Positions 46,166 to 56,358 of a DNA stretch of 64,000 bases are shown here, piece by piece. Below the pieces are notes generated by a model. That model was not told the DNA's origin. It ran no database searches and saw nothing but the letters and a program-made list of their open reading frames with translations. Position 1 is the stretch's first letter. Every line of letters starts with the position of its first letter. Position numbers and translations under genes: made by a program. This stretch comes from a virus: the IMG/VR virus record IMGVR_UViG_3300031963_000013; one strand, 5' to 3'.

Positions 46166-47062
46166 ATGGAAGAACAACAAAGAATATCTATATACAAGGA
46201 CTTTCTCAAGTTCTGTTACGGAGAGTTGAACATAAAACACGCTCCCCGTATCAAGATAACTAGGGACAAGAACTTTGTAAAAATAAATTACAGTTTCGGA
46301 GGCTACTATCCGCAAGAGAAAGCAATAGTAGTGTACGACAACAACAGAAACTTAGCGGATTGTCTAAGAACGCTTGCTCACGAACTCGTGCACCACAGCC
46401 AAAACGAAAAAGGATCGCTAAAACCAGAATCAGGAAAAGACGGTAGCGAACACGAGAACGAAGCAAACTCAAAAGCTGGTATCATACTCAGATCTTACGG
46501 TAGACAGCACCCGATCATATACGAAAACAAAAGTTTGGGAATGCTTATGGAAGATCTTAAGAAGTACCAACTTTATTGCGATATGGACGGTGTCCTCTGC
46601 GATTTTGATGCGCAGTTCGATAAGTACTTTGGAATGGGACCCAAAGAGTACATAAAAGAAAGGGGTTTACCGTCTTTCGAATCAGCGATCGAAGACGCAG
46701 GCGTAGAGTTTTGGTCGACAATGTCATGGTTTCCCGGAAGTCAAGAGATTTGGAAAAAAATAGGAAAGCACGGTACGATAATACTTTCCAGCCCAAGTAA
46801 CTTTACAGACGCTAAAGAAGGCAAAAGACTGTGGATAGAAAAGAACTTGAATCCAAAACCAAAGGCGATAATATTCAAACAAACAGGGGACAAACACTCG
46901 ATATTGGCTAACAAAAGCGAAGAAGAGATAAAGACTTCTGTACTTATAGACGATTACGATGTAAACCTAAAACCGTGGAAAGCAGCTGGCGGTGTGGGAA
47001 TAAAGCACGAAAATCAAACAGACACATCTCACGCATTACAAACGCTAGACAAAAAGAAATAA
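46166..47062 (+). CDS. zincin-like (HExxH) domain fused to HAD 5'(3')-nucleotidase
   Basis: TLAHELVH...E.EA; DMDGVL.DF, LIDD. Confidence 0.8.
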   Translation: MEEQQRISIYKDFLKFCYGELNIKHAPRIKITRDKNFVKINYSFGGYYPQEKAIVVYDNNRNLADCLRTLAHELVHHSQNEKGSLKPESGKDGSEHENEANSKAGIILRSYGRQHPIIYENKSLGMLMEDLKKYQLYCDMDGVLCDFDAQFDKYFGMGPKEYIKERGLPSFESAIEDAGVEFWSTMSWFPGSQEIWKKIGKHGTIILSSPSNFTDAKEGKRLWIEKNLNPKPKAIIFKQTGDKHSILANKSEEEIKTSVLIDDYDVNLKPWKAAGGVGIKHENQTDTSHALQTLDKKK

Positions 47063-47170
47063 AATGGCAAGAGCAAAAGAAAGATTGAAACCCAAAAGGA
47101 GCAAAAAGTCTAGACTAAAAAATGCTGCAAGAATAAAAGCGAATAACGAAATATTAAAAAAATACGCATC

Positions 47171-47491
47171 ATGATAAAAATAGAAAGTCTTTTGTTTGAG
47201 AATGCTTTCAAATTGATTTCCACAAAACCGCCGCAGGTTTTTGGCATGAGAAAAGCTGTGTATAAAAGCAAAGACGGTACCACAGTAAGCGTAGTGCATA
47301 GCGACTATTCTAGAAGCATGAGAACCGGTTCAGCACTAAACGGGTATTCTTCAGTGTGGGAAGGAAACAATTTTATAGACGACGTAGAATTCAAAGGAGA
47401 AAATCACGTTGAAAAGGCTACTAAATACCTTTTAAAAAAATACGGTATAACCCACGATGTTTCTAAACTAAAAAAATATCAAAGTAAATGA
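47171..47491 (+). CDS. putative head-cargo protein
   Basis: MIKIESLLFE leader. Confidence 0.6.
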   Translation: MIKIESLLFENAFKLISTKPPQVFGMRKAVYKSKDGTTVSVVHSDYSRSMRTGSALNGYSSVWEGNNFIDDVEFKGENHVEKATKYLLKKYGITHDVSKLKKYQSK

Positions 47492-47727
47492 TTAAATTAT
47501 TACCAATATTAAAAGAGCACGGAGACCAACCGCCTTACATGTATTCTAAGTACGGGTTTGGCTGCCACGTGTGTTCTTACTACGAGCTAAAAGAAGGCAA
47601 ACACTATTGCAACAGTACAGATTACAAGGAACACATGGGAACAGACGAGCTAATTAATCCAGAAACGGGAGAACAGATAGAAGATCCAACTAAGTGGTGT
47701 AGCAATTGGTTCGAACCACTAAAATAA
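47488..47727 (+). CDS. Cys-rich putative head-cargo protein
   Basis: MIKLLPILKE leader; CxxC..C..C. Confidence 0.6.
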   Translation: MIKLLPILKEHGDQPPYMYSKYGFGCHVCSYYELKEGKHYCNSTDYKEHMGTDELINPETGEQIEDPTKWCSNWFEPLK

Positions 47728-47746
47728 TAAAAAATAAAATAATGTT

Positions 47747-48316
47747 ATGAGCGAAAACAACCTAAAGAAAGAGTTCTCAAAAAGAGAAGTGCAACGCATG
47801 CGCAACTTAATCACAGGTAAAACAGGTGATAGAACGCAAGTACAAGCTGGTTACGAAAAGAACAAGTACGATCACAAAGAGGGAGACGTTTGGGAAGAGA
47901 GCGGTAAACAATGGACAATAAAGAACGGCATAAAACAAACCATGACCAAATTGGATACGTTTAAAAAGCTGGTTGTACTACCTATATGTTGTCCAGAGTG
48001 CAACAAACACATGAAGTCTAACGATCTTAACAAAAAAATGTACTCAATTCATGGTAAGTGTTTAGATTGCGTTATAGATATGGAAAGCAAATTAAAGTTG
48101 GAGAACAGGTACGATGACTACGCTAAATCTATACTCAACAACAATCACAACACGTATTTGGAAGACGTAGAATCCGCTTTAGAAGCTTGGTACAACGAGA
48201 ACGAGTCGTACGTTACCGAAGCTGGAGAGATCGAAGCTTGGAAGGGTGGGAACAAAAAAGATATATACGATCAAGTAAAACGTCAATTAGACAAGATAAA
48301 GAGCGAGCAACGCTGA
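47747..48316 (+). CDS. phage hypothetical protein with Zn ribbon
   Basis: KEGDVWEE.GK.WTIKNGIK, CPEC, CLDC. Confidence 0.75.
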   Translation: MSENNLKKEFSKREVQRMRNLITGKTGDRTQVQAGYEKNKYDHKEGDVWEESGKQWTIKNGIKQTMTKLDTFKKLVVLPICCPECNKHMKSNDLNKKMYSIHGKCLDCVIDMESKLKLENRYDDYAKSILNNNHNTYLEDVESALEAWYNENESYVTEAGEIEAWKGGNKKDIYDQVKRQLDKIKSEQR

Positions 48317-48344
48317 TATTTATAGATAAGCAAATAAAAAACAC

Positions 48345-49163
48345 ATGCCAGCAGCATCACAACAACAACAAAAGCTTATGGGAATAGTACGCGGTATCCA
48401 AAAGGGTACAGTAGATCCCAAAGACGTATCAGCAAAAGCCGGAGAAATGGCAAAATCCATGAAACCGGGAGAGGTTAAAAAATTCGCGTCCACAAAACAC
48501 AAAGGACTGCCAAAGAAAGTAAAGAAAGAAGCGTTAGAGGGCACCATAAGTGAACTTTACGTTGTAACGTCGCCTTATCCTGGATGCACACCAGACTCAC
48601 TGGTTAAGCCCATCGACCCGCTTAGTGGAATATCAGGAACCGAAATAAATCCTGACCAAGTGCAAGGGGTTTATCCCAATGCTGATCAAGCGATGGTGAT
48701 AGCAGAAAGAATGTGCGCTGAGTACGAAGAGGGGCAAAGAATGCTCGAAGAGAAGAAGGGAACGACTACAGAGAAGTTAAAGAAAGCGATAGACAAGCTT
48801 GAAAAGAAGCGTAAGGAACACATGGATGCAATGAAGGAAGATCCAAAGAAGGCAAGCGACCACAAAGAAGCAGTTGCGAACATAGCAAGCAAGATAGACG
48901 ACTATCTGACAAAGCTTGAAAAAATCGAGAAGAGCAAAAAGGCTGATGAAAAAGAAAAGATTAACGAAGCGCCAAGAGTCACTGTACAGCAACTTTTTAC
49001 ATCGTTGGATAGCAAAAATCTAAGCAACGACAAATTAGAGGATTTAGAATACGTAAAAAAATTGATAGATACAATACTAGATAAAGAGTACGATACTGTA
49101 GCCGACAACCCAGAAGAGCTAGCTAAAGATTACATCTCTAAACGTAAAAAAGATAAAAAATAA
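48345..49163 (+). CDS. putative head protein (DUF3008-like N-terminus)
   Basis: MPA.S..QQKLMG...KKFASTKHKGLP. Confidence 0.65.
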   Translation: MPAASQQQQKLMGIVRGIQKGTVDPKDVSAKAGEMAKSMKPGEVKKFASTKHKGLPKKVKKEALEGTISELYVVTSPYPGCTPDSLVKPIDPLSGISGTEINPDQVQGVYPNADQAMVIAERMCAEYEEGQRMLEEKKGTTTEKLKKAIDKLEKKRKEHMDAMKEDPKKASDHKEAVANIASKIDDYLTKLEKIEKSKKADEKEKINEAPRVTVQQLFTSLDSKNLSNDKLEDLEYVKKLIDTILDKEYDTVADNPEELAKDYISKRKKDKK

Positions 49164-49168
49164 TTACA

Positions 49169-49540
49169 ATGGAAGCAGTAGGACTTTTCTTGGGTACATT
49201 GATGCAGAGCAGAAACCAAGCCCACGTGTATCACCTTCAAGTTACAGGACCCGGATCTCACGCAGCGCATCTAGCGTTACAAGCGTACTACGAAGGCATC
49301 GTTCCTTTGATAGACGCTTTAGCTGAAGGCATACAGGGACGCTACGGCATAATCAAAGGGTACCAAATGGCAGGAGCGATAAAGGAAGACAACAACTTCG
49401 TTTCTTACTTCGAAACTCTTTGTAAATTCGTTGAAGCGACAAGGAGACAGATACCCCAGGATTCTTACGTTCAGAACCAAGTTGATACAATAGTAGACCT
49501 TATAGAAAGCACAAAGTACAAACTAAGAAACCTTCAGTAA
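49169..49540 (+). CDS. ferritin/Dps-like four-helix protein
   Basis: H..H......S.A.H.AL..YYE....D.LAE..QG.YG, YKL. Confidence 0.75.
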   Translation: MEAVGLFLGTLMQSRNQAHVYHLQVTGPGSHAAHLALQAYYEGIVPLIDALAEGIQGRYGIIKGYQMAGAIKEDNNFVSYFETLCKFVEATRRQIPQDSYVQNQVDTIVDLIESTKYKLRNLQ

Positions 49541-50130
49541 TGTGCAATTGCAATAGAATATCGTTACACGAATCTGTGAATAGGCTTCTGGTGTCAGAGG
49601 GCTTGAACTACCACCTTCAAAACAACGTTCCCATCAACGAGAACATATACAGACCTCAGTCTACATCGTTTATGGATCTCATAGTCGAAGTAAGAGGTCT
49701 TTACGATAGCGGTAAAATAAACTTATCTGAAGAAGATAGAGACTACTTCGAAGGCACAGACATAGGCAAATTTGGACTTTACGAAGGGATAAAAGTACCG
49801 TTAGACTTTCCAATGACGCTAGAGTTTTTGACGGAAGTAAAAAAGAAGTCAAAGAAAAAACAGCCCGAACTAAACAAACCAAAGCGTGGAGGACCCAAAA
49901 AGTTCTACGTTTACGTTAGGAAACCGGGTGGAGGAATAAAAAAGGTTACGTTCGGAGACACAACAGGTCTCAGCGCAAAGATCAACAACCCCGAAGCGAG
50001 GAAGTCCTTTGCAGCAAGACACAAATGCTCTCAGGCAAAAGATAAAACGACACCAAAGTATTGGAGCTGTAGACTACCGAGGTACGCAAGCCTATTGGGT
50101 CTAAAAAGCAACTTCACAGGATTCTGGTAG
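49540..50130 (+). CDS. phage hypothetical protein
   Basis: LNKPKRGG.KKFYVYV, KKV.FGD, RKSF.ARHKC, YWSC. Confidence 0.75.
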   Translation: MCNCNRISLHESVNRLLVSEGLNYHLQNNVPINENIYRPQSTSFMDLIVEVRGLYDSGKINLSEEDRDYFEGTDIGKFGLYEGIKVPLDFPMTLEFLTEVKKKSKKKQPELNKPKRGGPKKFYVYVRKPGGGIKKVTFGDTTGLSAKINNPEARKSFAARHKCSQAKDKTTPKYWSCRLPRYASLLGLKSNFTGFW

Positions 50131-50185
50131 TCGTTATTTTTAATTCAAATCGATAGTATGGACCCCGACGGGAAACAAACATTAC

Positions 50186-50398
50186 ATGACCTGGAGATCA
50201 AAATTCTTAAAAAACGTATCAACGACGTGTCTCATGCTGGCGATGTTTTTCAATCCGCTTGGCTTCGACGCACTATTCAAACTAGTGATGGATTGGACCG
50301 GTTCCTATTGGACTACGGATTTGATTTTCTATGGCGTTGCGCTTTCTTTTCTTGGGTTATATTTCTTCTTCAAAAAGCGTTCTGAAAAACATGTCTAG
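50186..50398 (+). CDS. small two-TM membrane protein
   Basis: MFFNPLGFD..F, two hydrophobic segments. Confidence 0.55.
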   Translation: MTWRSKFLKNVSTTCLMLAMFFNPLGFDALFKLVMDWTGSYWTTDLIFYGVALSFLGLYFFFKKRSEKHV

Positions 50399-50663
50399 GC
50401 CTTACATCGATAATCTAGTAGGCAATACAATAACACGTACTTTCGATCAATCAATAGATCCAATAGAGCTGATGTGGCACAGGGACCTAAAAGATAGGAC
50501 TGTAACAGCTACGCACAACACAGACTGGAAGGTACAATTGGACAACGAACTGCCTACTGTAATAAAAGACAGCATATTTATACCTAAACTGGCGTGGCAC
50601 CGTGTCATAAAAGGCGCAGGAGCGCTGACAGTCAAAATAACCGAGCATGAAACAGCAAATTAA
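50391..50663 (+). CDS. cupin-like protein
   Basis: ELMWHRD and IP...WHRVIKG. Confidence 0.7.
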   Translation: MSRPYIDNLVGNTITRTFDQSIDPIELMWHRDLKDRTVTATHNTDWKVQLDNELPTVIKDSIFIPKLAWHRVIKGAGALTVKITEHETAN

Positions 50664-50931
50664 CGAAGTAAAAAGAATGCAAAAATTAGCTGGTATACTT
50701 AAAGAAAACAGCTACGCAGTCTATCAAGAATTGATTGATGATATAGTAGCCTTAGCGAGTAATAGCCCTTACAGTGAATACGAAGCAACGATAGATTTAT
50801 TGAAACAAGAAAAAATAGGAAGCGATGAATTTATAGAGGACCTAATGAAATATGCAAGAGGTGCTAACTATCATGATATAGCAGACGCATGTGAAGATTT
50901 GTTAAGAGGTATACATGCAGAACAAAGCTAA
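50647..50931 (+). CDS. putative head-cargo protein
   Basis: INEVKRMQKLAGILKE leader. Confidence 0.6.
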   Translation: MKQQINEVKRMQKLAGILKENSYAVYQELIDDIVALASNSPYSEYEATIDLLKQEKIGSDEFIEDLMKYARGANYHDIADACEDLLRGIHAEQS

Positions 50932-50944
50932 AAATTAAACGAAC

Positions 50945-51109
50945 ATGATTAGCTTACTCAGCATACTAAAAATGATAACTGAAGAAAAACCTGGACTTTG
51001 GGCAAACATACGAGCAAAAAGAGCTCGCGGTGAGAAGCCTGCTAAGAAAGGGTCAAAAGCGTACAAATCTGCTGTTAAAGCGGCTAAAGAGATAAACAAA
51101 AAGAACTAA
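50945..51109 (+). CDS. 54-aa basic protein
   Basis: MISLLSILKMITEEKPGLWANIRAKRARGE; below ORF-track cutoff. Confidence 0.6.
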   Translation: MISLLSILKMITEEKPGLWANIRAKRARGEKPAKKGSKAYKSAVKAAKEINKKN

Positions 51110-51453
51110 TGAAAAACATATCCCTACAAGCGTTGGTAAGATCTTTAAGAGAAGAAGTAGATCTTCCAGGTGACCAAGAAAAGATAGACGTAGCAGAACC
51201 TAAAGGCAAGATAACTGCGGCTGACTTCAAGAAGCTTAGATCAATGAAGAAAAAGCATTCTGTAAAAGAAGGTGGAGACCACGAAGTAGCGATGGCTATG
51301 AGCAGCTTAAAAGAGATAGTAAGCAACGCAACACAACTCATGCAAAAGTTAGGCGGAGTAGAAAGAAACATTCCAGGTTGGATTCAAGATCACATAACAA
51401 ATTCGGAGAATTTTATCGAACAAGCAAATCAGGGTTTTCACGAAATTGAATAA
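51109..51453 (+). CDS. putative head-cargo protein
   Basis: DFKKLR and DHEV.MA...WIQ..IT modules separated by xKE sites. Confidence 0.65.
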   Translation: MKNISLQALVRSLREEVDLPGDQEKIDVAEPKGKITAADFKKLRSMKKKHSVKEGGDHEVAMAMSSLKEIVSNATQLMQKLGGVERNIPGWIQDHITNSENFIEQANQGFHEIE

Positions 51454-51469
51454 AACGTATTTATAAGAT

Positions 51470-53410
51470 ATGAATTTGGAAGCTTTAATACTCAAACAAA
51501 TGCTGTTAGAACAGGACGAAGAGACAGAAAAAAGGCCCGAAGAAAAAAAGGATTTAACACCTTTCGAAGAGGATCCCATGGGCTTTATACTCAAGAAGTA
51601 TAGCACGCTCAACGAGTTGCTTACAGAGCTGATGACAGGTTCTTTTAAAGAGTATTTAGATGCCATATTCATAGTTGCACCCAAACCAACCACCTTTAAA
51701 ATACTATTACACAACGGTCAATACTTTTTTTTAACGTATTTGGGTAAAGCTTACGAAGCGACAATATCTGGTAAGAAGTACTATTTGATGACAACCGGAG
51801 AAAAACAGTTGTGCATGCAAGCAATAGCAAGACTTCTTAGATTCGGTTCTCCGCTAAAAACAAAAGGACCCGAAGGCGCTGAAAAGGGTACAGAAGGAGT
51901 AGAAGACACAAGCGTAGAAGAACCAGAAACCGAAACACCTCCGGCAGAAGGAGGCGAGGAATTAAAAGAGAACAACATAGCCAAAAGAATAATAGAGAGC
52001 TACATACTGAAAGAAGAAAAAGCAGAAGAGGATATATTAGCGGCTTTGAAAAAGAACAAAAACGTAGCTTTAATGCAACCAGTAGCTGCAAAGCACCAGG
52101 GAGGTTCAAAATATAAAGTGTATTTAAAAGGAATAAACCCCACAGACAGAAAAGCAAGAGTTGATCTACTAGCTCAATTAACAGGACTTAGCAACGTAAA
52201 AGTTATAAAAAAAGGAGCTAAACTATCTCATGATGATTACGCAGAAGTAAGAGTACCATCTGGAACTTTTAAAGTTTATTTTAAGGGGTCCTCAGAGACA
52301 GCTACTTCTACAAACGTAAAAGAAGGTCTTGTGATGTCTTTTTATTACAGTAGCATAGAAGAACCTATAACATTAGAAAACTTTGACTCGTCTGTAAAAG
52401 CAGCTATATCAGCCACAAATAGAAATAAAGATATAGACGCTAATCTTAAAGAAGAACTTACAACCTATTTAAGAGGCATACAAAAAAATAAAGACAACGT
52501 TAAAACGCTTAATCAACCACTATCTCAAGCGCTAACGATAAAATCAGCTTATCCTGATGCAAGATTGGTAAGATCTGGCATATTTAACGCGTACAGATCA
52601 GAAGCGCAACAACAATTAAAAATGCCTGCAGATAAGTGGTGTCCTGGAGATGTGTATGTGTTATTAAATTCCGCAGAAGCAGAAACGATATTAGCATTAG
52701 CAAAGGAACAAGACAATCCAGCTTCATTCATAGAGATACTCAACGATGCATTTAACGAAAACTGGGGATCTAAAGAAGCACCTATGACAGCTGTTTCTCT
52801 AAAGTTCGAAAAAGCTCAAGGAGGTAAAGCAAAAGCTTACTTCGAAAAATTTAGAGCAATAAAAGACGACTATAACCTAACAAAGGACGAGATAAACTAC
52901 AAAGAAAAGAATTACATAGACGGTATACAGAGGCTAAGAAAAGTGATTCAAAGCAAAGTAAGAGGTGTAAAAGACATAAAATATATTCTACCCGCTGGAG
53001 ATAAACTTGAAAAAAACATAGATAAACTTAGAGGTAAATACGCCGCATTAAAAGCGCTTAATTTCTTCTTTGATCAACTTGATAAGTCAGAATACGACGA
53101 TGGCCTTGTGGCTCTAGTAGCTTTTGCAATGTCGCTTTCCGACACTTCTCCTGCGTTTTTCAAAGTAGTTGCAAGTTCATCCGGTCAACCAACAAAACCA
53201 GAAACATACCCTCGCGGTGGATCTTTAGCGCTGTTCATGGAAAACAACAAGATCATGCCTATAGAGATAGTAGACGAACCAAGTTTCGGTGGCCTTAAGA
53301 TAGACATGACAGTTAGTAAAGGCGGAGATCCCTACAGAATAAACCTTGTAGCAAGAAACAACGGTGGCGTACAAGGAACAATAGAAATAGCGAGTGTAAA
53401 ACCACAATAA
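51470..53410 (+). CDS. large hypothetical protein; C-terminal part possibly PD-(D/E)xK-like
   Basis: DKWCPGDVY...VSLK motif; late motif upstream. Confidence 0.6.
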   Translation: MNLEALILKQMLLEQDEETEKRPEEKKDLTPFEEDPMGFILKKYSTLNELLTELMTGSFKEYLDAIFIVAPKPTTFKILLHNGQYFFLTYLGKAYEATISGKKYYLMTTGEKQLCMQAIARLLRFGSPLKTKGPEGAEKGTEGVEDTSVEEPETETPPAEGGEELKENNIAKRIIESYILKEEKAEEDILAALKKNKNVALMQPVAAKHQGGSKYKVYLKGINPTDRKARVDLLAQLTGLSNVKVIKKGAKLSHDDYAEVRVPSGTFKVYFKGSSETATSTNVKEGLVMSFYYSSIEEPITLENFDSSVKAAISATNRNKDIDANLKEELTTYLRGIQKNKDNVKTLNQPLSQALTIKSAYPDARLVRSGIFNAYRSEAQQQLKMPADKWCPGDVYVLLNSAEAETILALAKEQDNPASFIEILNDAFNENWGSKEAPMTAVSLKFEKAQGGKAKAYFEKFRAIKDDYNLTKDEINYKEKNYIDGIQRLRKVIQSKVRGVKDIKYILPAGDKLEKNIDKLRGKYAALKALNFFFDQLDKSEYDDGLVALVAFAMSLSDTSPAFFKVVASSSGQPTKPETYPRGGSLALFMENNKIMPIEIVDEPSFGGLKIDMTVSKGGDPYRINLVARNNGGVQGTIEIASVKPQ

Positions 53411-53460
53411 AAATAAATGTATTAAAATTAAAAAATAATTGTTACATTTATAAAAAAGTT

Positions 53461-53934
53461 ATGAACATATTCTATTTACACGAAGATCCAATCTTGGCAG
53501 CAAGAGATCTGTGCGATCAACACATTCTAAAAATGGGTATAGAATCTGCGCAAATGCTGTCAACTGCACACTGGGCCACAGGCGGCCAAGCTCCATACAA
53601 AAAAGCTCACCTAAATCACCCATCGACAAAGTGGGTTAGAGAATCAATACAACACTATAGGTGGTTGGTATACCACGCTGAAGAGATATTTAACATATAC
53701 ACAAAGCATTACGGAAGAGTACACAAAACCCAAGGAATATTAGAGTGGCTAAAACAAAACGAGCCAAAAATACCAGACAACGGTTTTTATGCACCGCCCC
53801 AATGTATGCCTGATGAATACAAGCAAGAGAACGCTGTAGACGCTTATAGAACGTTTTACGCCCTTGATAAAATAGTCGGTAAACAATTAACTTACAACAG
53901 GGTTAAAGCCAAACCAGAATGGCTATATAGCTAA
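53461..53934 (+). CDS. pyrimidine-dimer DNA glycosylase family protein
   Basis: MNIFYL...D.H..KM..ESAQMLST, HP.TKW, PQCMPD.YK, AYR..Y. Confidence 0.85.
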   Translation: MNIFYLHEDPILAARDLCDQHILKMGIESAQMLSTAHWATGGQAPYKKAHLNHPSTKWVRESIQHYRWLVYHAEEIFNIYTKHYGRVHKTQGILEWLKQNEPKIPDNGFYAPPQCMPDEYKQENAVDAYRTFYALDKIVGKQLTYNRVKAKPEWLYS

Positions 53935-53965
53935 TACACATATTTATAGATAAAGTTTAAAACAA

Positions 53966-54337
53966 ATGAATTTATTCAATTCTTTAAAGAAGATCAGCGA
54001 AAAGTGGCTAAAACCAGTTTCTTTTATAGTTGGCTGCCTTTTATTTTTGTACATTTTTATTGTAGTATTTACGCCAAAAACAAAAATATCTAAAGAGTCA
54101 AGGAATAAATTGGATTCTATAGAATTGCAAATACAGGCTTTGAAAAAACAGCAAGTAAAACAAGACTCGTTGCTTACAGTTGAATCTAACGAAAGAGTCG
54201 CTATCGATAAACAGTTAGAAACGGTAAACAATAAAACTACAATCATTAGAGAGTATTACATAGAAAAATCAAAAGAAGTTTCGAACTACAACTCCACACA
54301 GTTAGACTCATTTTTCAGATCAAGATACGGATACTAA
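53966..54337 (+). CDS. TM + coiled-coil protein (spanin-like)
   Basis: Single TM, coiled coil, C-terminal DSFF..RY. Confidence 0.55.
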   Translation: MNLFNSLKKISEKWLKPVSFIVGCLLFLYIFIVVFTPKTKISKESRNKLDSIELQIQALKKQQVKQDSLLTVESNERVAIDKQLETVNNKTTIIREYYIEKSKEVSNYNSTQLDSFFRSRYGY

Positions 54338-54350
54338 AAATTAAAAAAAC

Positions 54351-54755
54351 ATGAAAAGCATCTTCATCTCCATATTCACAATTTTTTTATTATCTTTTGC
54401 AGAAAAAGCCAAATCGCAAGACACCATAAAAATACCAGTATTTGTAGCTAAACAGATAGCCAAAGATCTAGTATCTTACGATAGCGCTAGAGCAGAGCTG
54501 CTTTTATCAAAACAGAGGATAGACTTACTAAATTTAAAAGTTGATTCTTACAACAAAAGCATTTCAGTGTATCAAGAGAAAGAGGTTAACTACGTAAATC
54601 AGCTAAATTTATCTGCGGCTAAGTTGGACATTTGGAAGAAAGAATACAACGACTTGGCTAACAGATACAGATCACTGAAGTTAAAAAATACAAGAACACA
54701 GATAATAGCTGGTGTATTGGTAGGAACTCTAACTTACTTTGCTATAAAACGTTAA
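54351..54755 (+). CDS. signal peptide + coiled coil + C-terminal TM (spanin-like)
   Basis: Topology by inspection. Confidence 0.5.
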   Translation: MKSIFISIFTIFLLSFAEKAKSQDTIKIPVFVAKQIAKDLVSYDSARAELLLSKQRIDLLNLKVDSYNKSISVYQEKEVNYVNQLNLSAAKLDIWKKEYNDLANRYRSLKLKNTRTQIIAGVLVGTLTYFAIKR

Positions 54756-54761
54756 CAAAAC

Positions 54762-56354
54762 ATGAGTACACCGAACGTTGATTTAAGGGACAGAATAAAA
54801 GAGGAGTTTGTTAAGTGCGCCTCTGATCCTGTGTATTTCATGAGAAAGTACTACATGATACAACACCCCACAAGGGGAAGACAGCTGTTCGATCTTTACG
54901 AATTCCAAGAAAAAGTACTTAAGATATACCAAAACCAAGAGTATGTAATAATAAACAAATCGAGGCAGTTGGGTATATCCACTCTAGTTTCGGCTTATTC
55001 GCTATGGATGATGCTGTTTAATAAAGATAAGAACGTTCTTGTGGTTGCTACTACGCAATCAACAGCAAAAAACATGGTAACCAAAGTGCGATTTGCGTAT
55101 CAGAATTTGCCAACCTGGTTAAAAATAGGTCACACTGAAGACAACAGGCTTAGTTTAAGGTTAACAAACGGTTCTCAAATAAAAGCTGTATCAGCCGCCG
55201 GTGACGCAACACGTTCAGAAGCGGTATCGTTGCTTGTCATAGACGAAGCTGCGTTCATAGATCGTATCGAAGAGATATTTACCGCAGCTCAACAAACTCT
55301 TGCAACAGGCGGTCGATGCATAGCTCTTTCTACGCCAAACGGAATAGGTAACTGGTTTCACAAGACATACACCAAAGCCCAGAAGAAAGAAAACAATTTC
55401 ACCCCCGTAAGCTTGCCCTGGAGAGTACACCCAGAAAGAGACGAGACTTGGAGAGAGCAACAAACAAAGGAGTTGGGCGTAAGAAACGCAGCACAAGAGT
55501 GCGATTGCGATTTCGCCACTTCAGGAAACAGTTACATAGAACCGGACATACTAACCCACTACGAATTGAACACGGTGAGCGAGCCTTTCGAAAGACGTGG
55601 AATGGACAAGGCCCTTTGGATTTGGGAATATCCCGATCCAGTGAAACACTACATGTTGATAGCTGACGTTGCGCGTGGAGACGGAAGCGACTATTCTGGC
55701 TTTCACGTAATAGACATAGAAACAATAACCCAAGTCGCAGAGTACAAAGCGCAAATAGATACAAGAGAGTACGCGAACATTCTTTTAGCGACAGCGAACG
55801 AATACAATCAAGCTTTATTGGTAGTAGAAAACGCAAACATAGGTTGGGACGTAGTTCAAACCCTAGTTGAAAGGAATTACACAAACTTGCACTACGGTCA
55901 CAGGGCAGACAGCGACGGTAGCTTTGAAAAATACGTAGACAGATTCGATAGAGCTGCAGGACTAGTTCCAGGGTTCAGTACAACTCAAAAAACAAGACCG
56001 CTTGTACTAGAAAAAATGAGAGATTTTATAGAAAACAAAGTGTGTACAATAAGATCTGTAAGACTGTTAGAAGAGTTGCGTGTATTTATATGGAAGAACG
56101 GTAAACAACAAGCGATGCAGGGGTACAACGATGATCTAGTGATGAGCTTCGCAATAGGCATGTACCTTAGAGAGACTTCTTTGAGATTCAAAAAAACAAT
56201 GAACAACTTGACTAGCGCTACGATAAACAACATAAGTAAAACTAGTCAACCAAACTCTTACTATAACCCAAACAGTTACTATAACGATCCTTGGAGCATG
56301 AGCATAGCAACTCCACAAGGAAGCGAAAATATAGACATTAGCTGGTTAATATAA
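54762..56354 (+). CDS. terL: terminase large subunit (T4 gp17-like)
   Basis: KSRQLGIST, LLVIDEAAF, STPNG, DVARGDGSDYS, VENAN, DDLVMS. Confidence 0.97.
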   Translation: MSTPNVDLRDRIKEEFVKCASDPVYFMRKYYMIQHPTRGRQLFDLYEFQEKVLKIYQNQEYVIINKSRQLGISTLVSAYSLWMMLFNKDKNVLVVATTQSTAKNMVTKVRFAYQNLPTWLKIGHTEDNRLSLRLTNGSQIKAVSAAGDATRSEAVSLLVIDEAAFIDRIEEIFTAAQQTLATGGRCIALSTPNGIGNWFHKTYTKAQKKENNFTPVSLPWRVHPERDETWREQQTKELGVRNAAQECDCDFATSGNSYIEPDILTHYELNTVSEPFERRGMDKALWIWEYPDPVKHYMLIADVARGDGSDYSGFHVIDIETITQVAEYKAQIDTREYANILLATANEYNQALLVVENANIGWDVVQTLVERNYTNLHYGHRADSDGSFEKYVDRFDRAAGLVPGFSTTQKTRPLVLEKMRDFIENKVCTIRSVRLLEELRVFIWKNGKQQAMQGYNDDLVMSFAIGMYLRETSLRFKKTMNNLTSATINNISKTSQPNSYYNPNSYYNDPWSMSIATPQGSENIDISWLI

Positions 56355-56358
56355 AAAT

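Noticed and set aside
50158-50385. Alternative overlapping frame to the membrane ORF 50186-50398
   Set aside because: Dual coding cannot be supported from one sequence; the hydrophobic frame couples to the next gene and is preferred.
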